Shown: one piece after another, positions 27,147 through 34,897 of the stretch
How the letters are laid out: the number at the start of each line of letters is the position of its first letter
How positions within the stretch are numbered: position 1 is the first letter of the stretch
Assembly: GCA_037130135.1 (NCBI GenBank)
Contig: JBAXTO010000003.1
Location: 36,090-100,089 of the forward strand
Source of the DNA: Bacteroidota bacterium
GTDB lineage: Bacteria > Bacteroidota > Bacteroidia > Chitinophagales > CAMDFR01
DNA length: 64,000 bases
Direction of reading: 5' to 3'
Position numbers and translations under genes: made by a program
The notes under the pieces: generated by a model
What the model saw: the letters and a program-made list of their open reading frames with translations, nothing else
Database searches by the model: none
Told to the model about the DNA's origin: nothing

Positions 27147-29378
27147 ATGTCTAATACTACTTCTGAAAACACAACAACAGTTGAAACAGCAAAAGACTTA
27201 GGTTTACTACCTGAAGAGTTTGAAAAAATTAAAGAGGTAATGGGTCGTACACCTAATTTTAATGAACTTTCAATTTATAGTGTGATGTGGAGTGAACATT
27301 GCTCCTACAAAAACTCGATCAAGTATTTAAAAAAACTTCCACGAAGTGGCAAACATTTATTAGTGGAAGCGGGTGAAGAAAATGCAGGTTTAGTAGATAT
27401 TGGAAATGATTTAGGATGTGCATTTAAAATTGAAAGTCATAATCACCCTTCTGCTCTTGAGCCATATCAAGGTGCTGCTACTGGTGTAGGGGGTATTCAC
27501 AGAGATATTTTTACGATGGGCGCTCGACCCATAGCGGCATTAAATTCTTTACGTTTTGGTGATTTAAAAAATAATAAAACTAAACATTTATTAAAAGGTG
27601 TAGTAAAAGGTATTGGCGATTATGGAAATGCATTTGGTGTTCCTACGGTTGCTGGTGAAGTATACTTTGATAGTTGTTATCAAACTAATCCTTTGGTGAA
27701 TGCAATGTCAGTTGGTATTGTCAAAAAAGGAGAAACGGTGTCTGCCACTTCTTATGGGGTAGGAAACCCTGTATATATTGTAGGCTCTTCTACTGGTAAA
27801 GATGGTATTGCTGGTGCGGCTTTCGCTTCAAAAGATATCAGTGCTGATTCTATCAATGACTTACCTGCCGTACAAGTAGGTGATCCATTTCAAGAAAAAT
27901 TATTATTAGAAGCTACTCTTGAAGTGATTAAAACAGGTGCTGTGATTGGCATGCAGGATATGGGTGCTGCAGGTATCACTTGCTCTACCTCTGAAATGAG
28001 TGCGAAAGGCGAACATGGTATGAATATCTGGTTAGATAAAGTACCTACTCGACAATTGAATATGAAACCTTGGGAAATTTTACTTTCTGAAAGTCAAGAA
28101 AGAATGTTAATAGTTGTAGAGAAAGGAAAAGAAGCATTAGTAGAAAAAGTATTCGATAAATGGGACTTACATTGTGCTGTAATCGGTGAAGTAATTGCTG
28201 GTGGTCAATTAAATTATTTTATGCATGAAGAACTTGTGGCATCAGTACCTGCTCATTCACTCGTTTTAGGCGGTGGTGCACCTGTATATGATAAGCCTTT
28301 TAGTGAACCGGCTTATTTTCAAGCACTCAAAAAATTTGATATCAATTCTATTTCTATTCCATCTAACTTAAAAGAAACAGCACAAAAATTAGTGCAATCA
28401 CCTAATATCGCTTCTAAACGTTGGGTCTACGAACAATATGATTCAATGGTTGGTATTGCCAATACTTCTATCAATGAAAAAAGTGATGCCGCTGTAATTC
28501 GTATCGAAGGCACAGAAACATGTTTAGCTCTTACTGTTGACTGCAACTCGAGATATATTTATGCCGATCCTTATGTAGGTGCTATGATTGCAGTGAGTGA
28601 GGCTGCTCGAAACATCACTTGTAGTGGCGCTATTCCAAGTGCTATTACCAATTGTTTAAATTTTGGTAATCCAAATAAACCCGAAGTATACTGGACTTTC
28701 GTTCAAGCACTCAAAGGGATGGGTGAGGCTTGTATTAAATTTGATACCCCAGTAACAGGTGGTAATGTAAGTTTTTATAATCAATCAAATGATGGTGGAG
28801 CGGTATTCCCTACTCCTACTATCGGTATGATCGGGACGATGAAACATATCGACCAAAAAATGACTTTACATTTTAAAAATACAGGTGATTTGATTTATCT
28901 ATTAGGAGAAACTAAAAACGATATCAGTTCGTCACAATACTTAGTGAATATTCACGGTGAAGAAAATTCATCAGTACCATATTTCAGTTTAGAAGAAGAA
29001 TTTTTATTGCAGCAAACTCTACATAGCCTCAATGCTCATAAACTTGCATTGTCGATGCATGATGTAACTGAAGGAGGATTATTTGTTACGATGCTTGAAA
29101 GCGCTATGAGTGGCAATAAAGGATTTGAATTATGTTATGGAGAAGATATTCGTGAAGATGCTAGTTTATTTGGAGAAAGTCAAAGCAGAGTAGTCGTTTC
29201 AATTGCTCCATCCAATAAAGAAGCTTTCGAAAAAATGCTAACTGACGCAAAATTAGCTTATATGCATATCGGAAAAGTAAGTGATACCAATATTCAAGTA
29301 AAATCTGAAAATTGGGGACCGATTCACGAATGGGCTACATTGTATAATAATGCCATCGAAAAAGAATTATTTAGTTAA
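27147..29378 (+). CDS. purL: Phosphoribosylformylglycinamidine synthase subunit PurL (FGAM synthase II)
   Basis: 743 aa. Motifs EHCSYK, ESHNHPSALEPYQGAATGVGG and the duplicated AIR-synthase-like domains. Confidence 0.92.
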   Translation: MSNTTSENTTTVETAKDLGLLPEEFEKIKEVMGRTPNFNELSIYSVMWSEHCSYKNSIKYLKKLPRSGKHLLVEAGEENAGLVDIGNDLGCAFKIESHNHPSALEPYQGAATGVGGIHRDIFTMGARPIAALNSLRFGDLKNNKTKHLLKGVVKGIGDYGNAFGVPTVAGEVYFDSCYQTNPLVNAMSVGIVKKGETVSATSYGVGNPVYIVGSSTGKDGIAGAAFASKDISADSINDLPAVQVGDPFQEKLLLEATLEVIKTGAVIGMQDMGAAGITCSTSEMSAKGEHGMNIWLDKVPTRQLNMKPWEILLSESQERMLIVVEKGKEALVEKVFDKWDLHCAVIGEVIAGGQLNYFMHEELVASVPAHSLVLGGGAPVYDKPFSEPAYFQALKKFDINSISIPSNLKETAQKLVQSPNIASKRWVYEQYDSMVGIANTSINEKSDAAVIRIEGTETCLALTVDCNSRYIYADPYVGAMIAVSEAARNITCSGAIPSAITNCLNFGNPNKPEVYWTFVQALKGMGEACIKFDTPVTGGNVSFYNQSNDGGAVFPTPTIGMIGTMKHIDQKMTLHFKNTGDLIYLLGETKNDISSSQYLVNIHGEENSSVPYFSLEEEFLLQQTLHSLNAHKLALSMHDVTEGGLFVTMLESAMSGNKGFELCYGEDIREDASLFGESQSRVVVSIAPSNKEAFEKMLTDAKLAYMHIGKVSDTNIQVKSENWGPIHEWATLYNNAIEKELFS

Positions 29379-29391
29379 TCTTATTATTCCC

Positions 29392-30168
29392 TTATATCGT
29401 TTGCAAATAATTTTTATAGTAGGAGGCTGCATGTAATAATCGGCTTCCATACCAACTGAATATTTCGCCATCTACCAATTGTATTTTTGCGTTAGGACAA
29501 ATTTTTTGCAACTCATCAATATGTCTTTGTTTGAATGGAAATGGCTCACTAGAAAGCAATATATACGCTGGGTTTAATGATTGTATTTGTTCCATACTCA
29601 ATTCAGGATAGCGTTTCATATCAGCAGTCAGATTGATAAAACCTAATTCATGCATCATATGATGAATAAAGGTATCAGCACCAACCGTCATCCAAGGTTT
29701 ACGCCAAATAAAATACAAAGCTGATTTTTTTTCAGCTACTTGAACAACTGCTAATGAATTACTAATTTGTTGCTGTATATGCTGTGCTTCCTCTTCTTTA
29801 AAAGTGATTTTTCCAATATCTATTATCATTTTATAAGCATCTGCTAGTGTAGTAATATCACTTACATAAACAGGAAATTGCTTTTGCAAGGTTTCAATAT
29901 CCGATTGGGTATTTTCTTCCTTATTGGCTATTATTAAATCAGGTTGTAAAGATGCTATGATTTCTAATCGACAATTTTTTGTACCACCTACTTGAGTAAT
30001 TTTTGAAACTTCAAGAGCCGGATGTATACAAAATTTGGTTATACCTACTATTTGATTTCCTAAATCTAAATCAAATAAAAGCTCCGTTTGTGATGGCACC
30101 AACGATACTATTCGCTGAGGAGCTTGTGTACAATTTATTTTATTATCTAATGGATCTATCACTTGCAT
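29392..30168 (-). CDS. Helical-backbone metal receptor / BtuF-like (TroA superfamily) binding protein without a signal peptide
   Basis: RIVSLVPSQTELLFDLDLGNQIVGIT and PDLIIAN segments are typical of class III periplasmic binding protein folds. Confidence 0.55.
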   Translation of the reverse strand: MQVIDPLDNKINCTQAPQRIVSLVPSQTELLFDLDLGNQIVGITKFCIHPALEVSKITQVGGTKNCRLEIIASLQPDLIIANKEENTQSDIETLQKQFPVYVSDITTLADAYKMIIDIGKITFKEEEAQHIQQQISNSLAVVQVAEKKSALYFIWRKPWMTVGADTFIHHMMHELGFINLTADMKRYPELSMEQIQSLNPAYILLSSEPFPFKQRHIDELQKICPNAKIQLVDGEIFSWYGSRLLHAASYYKNYLQTI

Positions 30169-30290
30169 GATGTAAAGATAATTTAGATTAGTCAGTATTT
30201 TATTATTTTAATAACCTATAATTCAATACTTTATAAAATATATAGTACAGAACAGAATTTATTTGTAACATAATTATATTAATTGCGTAC

Positions 30291-30361
30291 TAGATGATGT
30301 TAGGTAGTTTTAAGGTTAGGTATCCCGATCATTCTAAGAGAATATCGGGATTCTTATTTTT
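30291..30361 (+). ncRNA. Candidate small RNA module, variant A, copy 1
   Basis: TAGATGATGTTAGGTAGTTTTAAGGTTAGGT, then hairpin ATCCCGAT-C-ATTCT-AAG-AGAAT-ATCGGGAT, then TCTTATTTTT. A conserved TTGTAAC lies about 25-30 nt upstream. Confidence 0.45.
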
Positions 30362-30490
30362 AAGACATTTTATCTTTTACTATTGTATTCAAAATTTCTA
30401 ACAAGCATTCCATCCCTTTATTTACAGTTTTTTCAAGAATAAATTAAAATCATTATCGTTTATTGTAACCTTATGCATTTATCTGCGTAA

Positions 30491-30560
30491 TAGATGATGT
30501 TAGGTAGTTTTAAGGTTAGGTATCCCGATATTCTTAGAGAATGTCGGGATTTTTATTTTT
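30491..30560 (+). ncRNA. Candidate small RNA module, variant B, copy 1
   Basis: Same 5' segment as variant A. Hairpin ATCCCGATATTCT-TAG-AGAATGTCGGGAT (13 bp, one U-G pair) followed by TTTTTATTTTT. Confidence 0.45.
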
Positions 30561-30580
30561 AGGAAGGTTTATTTTAATGC

Positions 30581-30658
30581 TTTCACGCCTTGGCTTGACT
30601 TAATTCTTTGACGCCTAGGCATGACTTAATTCTTTGACGCCTTGGCGTGACTTAATTA
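30581..30658. repeat. 3 x 26-nt tandem sub-repeat of a hairpin module (TTTSACGCCTWGGCDTGACTTAATTM)
   Basis: Units at 30581-30606, 30607-30632 and 30633-30658. The third contains the ACGCC-TT-GGCGT core of the palindrome TCACGCCTTGGCGTGA, which occurs in full at 48021 and 52292. Confidence 0.85.
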
Positions 30659-30688
30659 AATTGTAACCTTTTTCATTTCTCTACGTAA

Positions 30689-30759
30689 TAGATGATGTTA
30701 GGTAGTTTTAAGGTTAGGTATCCCGATCATTCTAAGAGAATATCGGGATTCTTATTTTT
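30689..30759 (+). ncRNA. Candidate small RNA module, variant A, copy 2
   Basis: Identical to 30291..30361. Confidence 0.45.
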
Positions 30760-30888
30760 AAGACATTTTATCTTTTACTATTGTATTCAAAATTTCTAAC
30801 AAGCATTCCATCCCTTTATTTACAGTTTTTTCAAGAATAAATTAAAATCATTATCGTTTATTGTAACCTTATGCATTTATCTGCGTAA

Positions 30889-30958
30889 TAGATGATGTTA
30901 GGTAGTTTTAAGGTTAGGTATCCCGATATTCTTAGAGAATGTCGGGATTTTTATTTTT
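30889..30958 (+). ncRNA. Candidate small RNA module, variant B, copy 2
   Basis: Identical to 30491..30560. Confidence 0.45.
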
Positions 30959-30978
30959 AGGAAGGTTTATTTTAATGC

Positions 30979-31056
30979 TTTCACGCCTTGGCTTGACTTA
31001 ATTCTTTGACGCCTAGGCATGACTTAATTCTTTGACGCCTTGGCGTGACTTAATTA
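30979..31056. repeat. Second copy of the 3 x 26-nt hairpin sub-repeat
   Basis: The same sequence, 398 bp downstream of 30581..30658. Confidence 0.85.
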
Positions 31057-31086
31057 AATTGTAACCTTTTTCATTTCTCTACGTAA

Positions 31087-31157
31087 TAGATGATGTTAGG
31101 TAGTTTTAAGGTTAGGTATCCCGATCATTCTAAGAGAATATCGGGATTCTTATTTTT
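31087..31157 (+). ncRNA. Candidate small RNA module, variant A, copy 3
   Basis: Identical to the other A copies. Its U-tail overlaps the queE stop codon (31156-31158) on the opposite strand. Confidence 0.45.
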
Positions 31158-31761
31158 AGGGAATTTGAATATACTTATGTACTTGTAAAGAGAGTTGCCA
31201 GGATGGATGCTCTTTGATATATTCAATAATAGCAGGTGTTACCAAGTCTTTATTATCCCATTCGGGTTGTAAGTATAATTTACAAGAAGTATTTTTTATT
31301 TTATCTGCATGAATTTGAGCCCAACGTAAATCATTTACATGATTAATCACCACTTTCAATTCGTTAGCTATTTCATAATAAACATCTAATGGTTTTTTGA
31401 ATCGTTTAGGTGAATAACAAATCCAATTCCAAGTACCACTCAATTCATTAGTGCCAGATGTTTCAATATTACAAAGTATCTGTTCTTTTTGTAAGGCTGC
31501 AGTCAATACATCTAAATGATGCATGGTTGGTTCACCTCCAGTGATGACCACTAATTTAGCTTTGGCTTGTACTGGCCACGAAACAATTTCTTCTATACTG
31601 AATAATGGATGCGCAGCGGCATCCCAACTCTCTTTGACATCGCACCAAGTGCAACCAACATCGCAACCGCCTAAACGAATAAAATAAGCCGCTTGACCTT
31701 GATAAAAGCCTTCGCCTTGCAAAGTATAAAAATGTTCCATTACAGGTAATTGCTGACTCAT
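31156..31761 (-). CDS. queE: 7-carboxy-7-deazaguanine synthase QueE (radical SAM)
   Basis: N-terminus VMEHFYTLQGEGFYQGQAAYFIRLGGCDVGCTWCDVKESW matches the QueE TLQGEG...CxxxCxxC signature. Confidence 0.88.
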   Translation of the reverse strand: MSQQLPVMEHFYTLQGEGFYQGQAAYFIRLGGCDVGCTWCDVKESWDAAAHPLFSIEEIVSWPVQAKAKLVVITGGEPTMHHLDVLTAALQKEQILCNIETSGTNELSGTWNWICYSPKRFKKPLDVYYEIANELKVVINHVNDLRWAQIHADKIKNTSCKLYLQPEWDNKDLVTPAIIEYIKEHPSWQLSLQVHKYIQIP

Positions 31762-31763
31762 AC

Positions 31764-32672
31764 TTATTTTATTTCTAGGATTTTTTTATCATAACGAGCA
31801 TTGGCAATATCCAATTTATCATCTGTAATCGGAATCATACAAATCAACTCTTGTGCATCTGTTCCATAATAAAATGTAATCTCCACTATTATATTCGAAA
31901 AATCTATGGATTTATTTTGTTCACTAATATTCATCAATGCGATACGTCTACCTTCATCAATACTTGTATATGATTTATTAGAAGTGCTCAACACAATTTT
32001 AGGTGTATACAAGGAGAAAAAATTATACAATTTTTCATCTAACACTTTAATTTGTAATTGTTGAATTTGATTCATATTAGAGGCATAGAATAATTTACCT
32101 ACTAAATGTTTGGCTGCATCATCTGCCGATTTAAATTCAGTTTTAGTCGATTGAAAACCTATATATCTTCGCTCTTTAGAATTAGGTATAACCAAATCAT
32201 AATAATCATTCGTAAAACTCAAAAGCATTTCACCATTTAATGGATTGTATACCGAATACCAATCTTCTGTTGTATCATTTCCATTTTTTTTTGCAAAAAT
32301 ACTAGCTTCTTTAAAACTGATTTCATCGGCATTTACATCCACACTATATTTTTTTGTATGAGCTGTTTGGGCTATAAAATAAACAGGTTGAATTTGAATT
32401 TGTGTAGTTGATTTCGTTAACGCTTTATTGGAAATTGTTTTTTTACAAATCTTTAAAACCCCAGCATTTTTTTCTTTATACAAGGAGAAATCAAAAGGGA
32501 TATAATCTACACTTTCTCTTCTTATCTCATTGGCAGTAATATACATTTTAGCATAAGCTGAATCTTTGATGATAGCATCTTTACTAGCTGCTATGACTAA
32601 TGTACTACCTGTTTTAGGTTTACAAGCATAGAAACTATAAGCGAAAAATAAAAGTGCTAGATATCGATACAT
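31764..32672 (-). CDS. Hypothetical lipoprotein
   Basis: Signal plus lipobox-like FYAC. I recognised no motif. It is wedged between folD and queE with 1-3 nt spacing. Confidence 0.4.
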   Translation of the reverse strand: MYRYLALLFFAYSFYACKPKTGSTLVIAASKDAIIKDSAYAKMYITANEIRRESVDYIPFDFSLYKEKNAGVLKICKKTISNKALTKSTTQIQIQPVYFIAQTAHTKKYSVDVNADEISFKEASIFAKKNGNDTTEDWYSVYNPLNGEMLLSFTNDYYDLVIPNSKERRYIGFQSTKTEFKSADDAAKHLVGKLFYASNMNQIQQLQIKVLDEKLYNFFSLYTPKIVLSTSNKSYTSIDEGRRIALMNISEQNKSIDFSNIIVEITFYYGTDAQELICMIPITDDKLDIANARYDKKILEIK

Positions 32673-33550
32673 TAATTGCTGTAAATTAATTTTTGAGAAG
32701 CTTGAAGGGTATTTAACAATAAAGAAACCACCGTCATGGGTCCTACTCCACCAGGAACTGGGGTAATAAAACTACATTGGTCTTTTACGGCTTCAAAATC
32801 TACATCCCCTACTATTCTATAACCACTTTTTTTAGAGGCATCTTCTAAACGAGTAATACCTACATCGATTATCACAGCACCTGGTTTTACCATGTCTTTA
32901 GTCACAAACTTAGGTTTCCCTAATGCAGCAATAATAATATCGGCACGTAAACATTCTTCTGTTAAGTTTTTAGTTCTTGAATGGCAAAGAGTAACAGTGC
33001 AATCAATACCAGAGCGACTCATCAAAACACTCATTGGTCTACCTACGATATTGCTTCTACCAATCACCACACAATGTTTACCAGCAGTTTCGATTTTATA
33101 ACGTTCGAGTAATGTCATAATCCCCATAGGAGTTGCTGGAATATAAGCAGGTAGATTTAAACACATTCTACCGAAATTGATCGGATGAAATCCATCTACA
33201 TCTTTAGAAGCATCAATTTCTAATAATATTTTATCCGCATCAATATGTTTTGGTAAAGGCAATTGAACAATAAATCCATCGATATCAGGGTCATTATTGA
33301 GTTGGTGAATTTGTTGAATCAATTCATTTTCAGTGATGGTATCTTCACAACGAATGAGTGTAGATTTAAAACCGACTTGCTCACAACTTTTTACTTTATG
33401 CCCTACATAGGTTTGACTAGCCCCATCATTGCCCACTAATATAGCGGCTAAGTGTGGTTGTTTATGACCTGCTTGAACTAATTGACTCACTTTTTCTTTT
33501 ACTTCTTCCTTGATTTGATTGGAAATTAAATTACCGTCTATTAATGTCAT
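32672..33550 (-). CDS. folD: Bifunctional methylenetetrahydrofolate dehydrogenase (NADP+) / methenyltetrahydrofolate cyclohydrolase FolD
   Basis: [51 protein letters not shown]. Confidence 0.92.
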   Translation of the reverse strand: MTLIDGNLISNQIKEEVKEKVSQLVQAGHKQPHLAAILVGNDGASQTYVGHKVKSCEQVGFKSTLIRCEDTITENELIQQIHQLNNDPDIDGFIVQLPLPKHIDADKILLEIDASKDVDGFHPINFGRMCLNLPAYIPATPMGIMTLLERYKIETAGKHCVVIGRSNIVGRPMSVLMSRSGIDCTVTLCHSRTKNLTEECLRADIIIAALGKPKFVTKDMVKPGAVIIDVGITRLEDASKKSGYRIVGDVDFEAVKDQCSFITPVPGGVGPMTVVSLLLNTLQASQKLIYSN

Positions 33551-33648
33551 GATTTGAATATTTTTACAAATTTAAGCTAAACGCATAAAATGTTTAACAT
33601 TATTTAATGCCATAACTAATAGGATATGCACGAATAATCAATAAATTT

Positions 33649-34134
33649 GTGCTTACAATGAAAGGATTATTTTATTTACTATTGATTTATGGAGGAGTAG
33701 GTTGTAAAAGCTTTGGTACAGGCATAAACACGAATATGGCTGGCAATCCTAGCGATACAACAAAAACTCAAAATTGGAAAGAGTTAAGTCCCGAGCAATA
33801 TAAAGTTTGTCATGATAAGGCTACAGAAGCTCCCTTTAGTGGCAAATATGATAATCATTACGAAAAAGGAATTTATTATTGTGCCGTATGCAAAACGCCT
33901 TTATTTAGTTCAGAAACCAAATTTAAAAGCGGCACTGGTTGGCCTAGTTTTTATAATGAAATTGATACGAATGTGTCAACACATACCGATAGTTCGTATA
34001 ATATGATACGCGATGAGATTGTATGTAATAAATGTGGATCACATTTGGGTCATGTGTTTAATGATGGACCAGCTCCTACAGGTATGCGCTATTGTGTAAA
34101 TTCACTCTCTTTAGATTTTAAGCCGAGCAAATAA
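33649..34134 (+). CDS. msrB: Peptide-methionine (R)-S-oxide reductase MsrB with an N-terminal export signal
   Basis: YYCAVCKTPLF...GTGWPSF...CNKCGSHLGHVFNDGP...RYCVNS. Confidence 0.9.
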   Translation: MLTMKGLFYLLLIYGGVGCKSFGTGINTNMAGNPSDTTKTQNWKELSPEQYKVCHDKATEAPFSGKYDNHYEKGIYYCAVCKTPLFSSETKFKSGTGWPSFYNEIDTNVSTHTDSSYNMIRDEIVCNKCGSHLGHVFNDGPAPTGMRYCVNSLSLDFKPSK

Positions 34135-34205
34135 TAATCTAATGAATTGATAGATAAAGAATTCATCTATACACTCCTTAATTTTAAGCCATTAAAATAA
34201 AAAAA

Positions 34206-34242
34206 GCCTTGTATGAAATTCATACAAGGCTTATGTTTTTTT
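34206..34242 (+). terminator. Intrinsic terminator after msrB (the upstream A-run also makes it usable for tRNA-Leu on the minus strand)
   Basis: Stem GCCTTGTATGA / TCATACAAGGC followed by TTATGTTTTTTT. Confidence 0.8.
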
Positions 34243-34246
34243 GATG

Positions 34247-34326
34247 TGCCCCAAGTGGGAATCGAACCCACACACTTTCGTACACGATTTTGAGTCGTGC
34301 GCGTCTACCAATTCCGCCATCAGGGC
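34247..34326 (-). tRNA. tRNA-Leu (anticodon CAA)
   Basis: The reverse complement reads GCCCTGATGGCGGAATTGGTAGACGCGCACGACTCAAAATCGTGTACGAAAGTGTGTGGGTTCGATTCCCACTTGGGGCA. It has a long variable arm and the anticodon loop CTCAAAA. Confidence 0.9.
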
Positions 34327-34357
34327 ATTTAATAAGAACGTTAATTATTAAGTCCGA

Positions 34358-34365
34358 CAAAGATA
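34358..34365 (-). promoter_or_regulatory. -7 promoter box (TATCTTTG) for tRNA-Leu
   Basis: Matches TAnnTTTG on the minus strand, 31 nt upstream of the tRNA 5' end. Confidence 0.5.
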
Positions 34366-34400
34366 AGAAATAATCAGACTAGAAAAAAAATGTTCTTTTA

Positions 34401-34634
34401 TTATAATGATTTTAAAAATTCTTTACCAACTCCACTTTTTAAATATTTCTCTCTATTTCTTGCTTCAATTCGAGTATCAAATTTTTCGAAATGAACTAGA
34501 ATAAATGGTGCATAAAACTTAGTTGATGTGTTTTGTTTATTATTATGTTGCTTTACCCTACGATCAATATCGTTTGTCATTCCAACATAAATGTAATTAA
34601 ATTGTACACTTTTAATTGCATATACAAAATACAT
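34401..34634 (-). CDS. Small stand-alone GIY-YIG nuclease domain protein (UPF0213/COG2827-like)
   Basis: 77 aa. MYFVYAIKS...NYIYVGMTNDIDRRVKQHN carries the GIY...YIG...R...H/N signature, and a conserved E lies in IEARNREKYLK. Confidence 0.8.
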   Translation of the reverse strand: MYFVYAIKSVQFNYIYVGMTNDIDRRVKQHNNKQNTSTKFYAPFILVHFEKFDTRIEARNREKYLKSGVGKEFLKSL

Positions 34635-34668
34635 AAGTAAAAATAATTATCGAGAGTTAAAGTGCCCG

Positions 34669-34688
34669 CCTGCCTGCCGTCAGGCAGG
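34669..34688. repeat. GC-rich palindromic hairpin module (CCTGCCTG-CCGT-CAGGCAGG)
   Basis: Perfect 8-bp stem. It is related to the CCTGTC-GGCA-GACAGG module at 47970 and the partial copy at 52205, and it abuts tRNA fragment 1. Confidence 0.8.
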
Positions 34689-34711
34689 TCTACCAGTTCC
34701 GCCATCAGGGC
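34688..34711 (-). pseudogene. Truncated tRNA-Leu 5' fragment 1 (24 nt)
   Basis: The reverse complement GCCCTGATGGCGGAACTGGTAGAC matches positions 1-24 of the tRNA-Leu at 34247..34326 with one T-to-C difference, then diverges into the hairpin module. Confidence 0.8.
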
Positions 34712-34770
34712 ATAAAATTTATTTAAATATGTCTGATCTCTAGCGTTCGTAATTGCAAAAAACTATTGCT

Positions 34771-34791
34771 TACCAGTTCCGCCATCAGGGC
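34771..34791 (-). pseudogene. Truncated tRNA-Leu 5' fragment 2 (21 nt)
   Basis: The reverse complement GCCCTGATGGCGGAACTGGTA carries the same T-to-C variant as fragment 1 and has its own TATCTTTG box upstream. Confidence 0.8.
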
Positions 34792-34826
34792 ATAAATAAA
34801 ATGAACGTTTCCCTAAATTAGGATTG

Positions 34827-34834
34827 CAAAGATA
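34827..34834 (-). promoter_or_regulatory. -7 promoter box (TATCTTTG) upstream of tRNA fragment 2
   Basis: TTATCTTTG is identical to the box of the intact tRNA-Leu. It lies 35 nt upstream of the fragment 5' end. Confidence 0.45.
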
Positions 34835-34897
34835 ATTCTTTTCCTTGAATTAGTCAATGTATATATGTAAGTTTTTAGAGTCAATGCCCTCTACTTA

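Larger units (their letters stand above)
30291..31157 (+). repeat. Tandem repeat: 398-bp unit x 2.18 copies, with the two full copies identical
   Basis: The landmark TAGATGATG recurs at 30291, 30689 and 31087 (variant A) and at 30491 and 30889 (variant B). The period is exactly 398 bp. By eye the intervening sequence is identical between copies. Confidence 0.95.

Noticed and set aside
30294-30398. Small peptide genes inside the RNA modules (MMLGSFKVRYPD... of 35 aa in variant A and 22 aa in variant B)
   Set aside because: A 1-nt indel between variants shifts the frame and produces unrelated C-termini, while hairpin pairing is preserved. Copy A3 has yet another C-terminus. Conservation follows RNA structure rather than coding potential. 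A minus-strand 17-aa ORF (MECLLEILNTIVKDKMS) in the spacer is similarly unsupported.
30262-31157. Possible CRISPR array, suggested by regularly spaced direct repeats in a gene-free region
   Set aside because: The sequences between repeats are themselves repeated identically with a 398-bp period, so there are no unique spacers. The repeat unit is about 70 nt and ends in a terminator hairpin plus U-tract. The spacing of about 200 bp is far too long. No cas genes are nearby.
30291-31157. preQ1 or THF riboswitch, suggested by the adjacent queE/folD operon and the UAGAUGAU string that resembles the start of THF riboswitches
   Set aside because: The modules are on the opposite strand and downstream of the folD-queE operon, so they cannot be its 5' leader. 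They lack the preQ1-I, preQ1-II and THF consensus cores as I remember them. The similarity is limited to a short string.
34247-34834. Group I intron with a GIY-YIG homing endonuclease interrupting tRNA-Leu
   Set aside because: The tRNA-Leu(CAA) at 34247-34326 is contiguous and folds normally. The GIY-YIG ORF lies upstream of it, not within the anticodon loop. The extra tRNA pieces are 5' stubs, not exon halves, and no intron core (P3-P9) elements were seen.
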